From assembly GCA_903813345.2 (NCBI GenBank), contig CAIIXF020000001.1, positions 26,970,001 through 27,034,000 of the forward strand: a DNA stretch of 64,000 nt, given 5' to 3'. The notes under the pieces were generated by a model, which was not told the DNA's origin, searched no databases, and saw only the letters and a program-made list of their open reading frames with translations. This document shows positions 63,250 to 64,000 of the stretch, piece by piece (the stretch's first letter is position 1; the number at the start of each line of letters is the position of its first letter). A program made the position numbers and the translations under genes. The DNA is from Owenia fusiformis (Eukaryota).

Positions 63250-63787
63250 CACTGGTGATCCACTCGATTACGCTGGTTACCAAAACGAACCGTTTTGGTA
63301 ACAAAATGTCGGAACGTCGAAGGCACGATTTTTCTTTTTTCCTTATTTCACGCGTTGTAGGGAGAATCCCCACGACGTTTTTTCTCACAACGTGCATCAG
63401 TATCATATGTCTTAGAAAATGTACATGTTTGCGAAAAAATAGCTCAGAGGACAACAGAATCGTCGATTTACTTCTTCACTTAAGTTACATAAACGGTTTT
63501 TTCGAAAAACAGTCAAGATCTGCACTTTTAACCCAAACCGTTTATGTAACTTAAGTGAGGAAGTAAATCGACGATTCTGTTGTCTTCTGAACTATTTGTT
63601 CGCAAATATGTACACTTTCTTAAACATATGATACTGATACACGTTTGTGTTAAAAAATGTCGAGGGAATTCTGTCTTCAACGTGTAAAATAAGGAAACGA
63701 GAAAAATCGTACCTTCCGGATGTTCCGACATTTTGTTACCAAAACGAACCGTTTTGGTAACCAGCGTAATCGAGTGGATCACCAGTG
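63250..63787. mobile_element. Transib-like foldback MITE (CAC..GTG termini, 5-bp TSD)
   Basis: TSD CAATA (63245-49, 63788-92); near-perfect ~65-bp terminal match CACTGGTGATCCACTCGATTACGCTGGTTACCAAAACG.., with arms of ~250 bp. Confidence 0.88.
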
Positions 63788-64000
63788 CAATAATGGCAGA
63801 TTGAGTTTATCTATATCTCTAAGTCTGCGGTAATACTAAGTCTTGTTAGTGCTGCTGTCTATGTTGTCACTCTACTATACTTAACTCCTAGAAATGCATA
63901 AGATACTCTGTTTGTCTAATTGCATTGTTTAGTATATTTTTGAAAGTATTTATTTTTTATTTTATTTTATTTCATGATAATATAACATCTAACTGTCAAC

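Noticed and set aside
61832..63782. ORFs of 84-126 aa as transposase or host genes
   Set aside because: They are mirror-image translations of foldback arms with no DDE or other domain motifs.

Overview
AT-rich, intron-rich eukaryotic (invertebrate metazoan, possibly lophotrochozoan) genomic DNA. I reconstructed six spliced protein-coding genes by hand from GT-AG junctions and reading-frame continuity. They are a class A GPCR (-), the 3' half of PARPBP/PARI (+), a GLUT10/GLUT12-like sugar transporter (-), TTC36 (+), the lysosomal thiol reductase GILT/IFI30 (+) and cystinosin CTNS (-). A young, 5'-truncated L1/Tx1-type LINE with a poly(A) tail and target-site duplication (TSD) sits antisense in a CTNS intron. 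The non-coding DNA is densely filled with non-autonomous DNA elements assignable by termini and TSD (Tc1/mariner, hAT, PIF/Harbinger, MULE, Kolobok-like, piggyBac-like, Transib-like, Helentron/HINE). The main points of interest are: (1) a tail-to-tail GILT-CTNS pair, both lysosomal disulfide/cystine genes with CLEAR/M-box motifs at their 5' ends; (2) two CAC..GTG foldback elements with 5-bp TSDs (Transib/RAG-like signature), one with RSS-like heptamer/nonamer spacing; (3) a three-level transposon nest; and (4) the GPCR apparently nested antisense in a PARPBP intron. All family calls come from recalled motifs; no database search was run.
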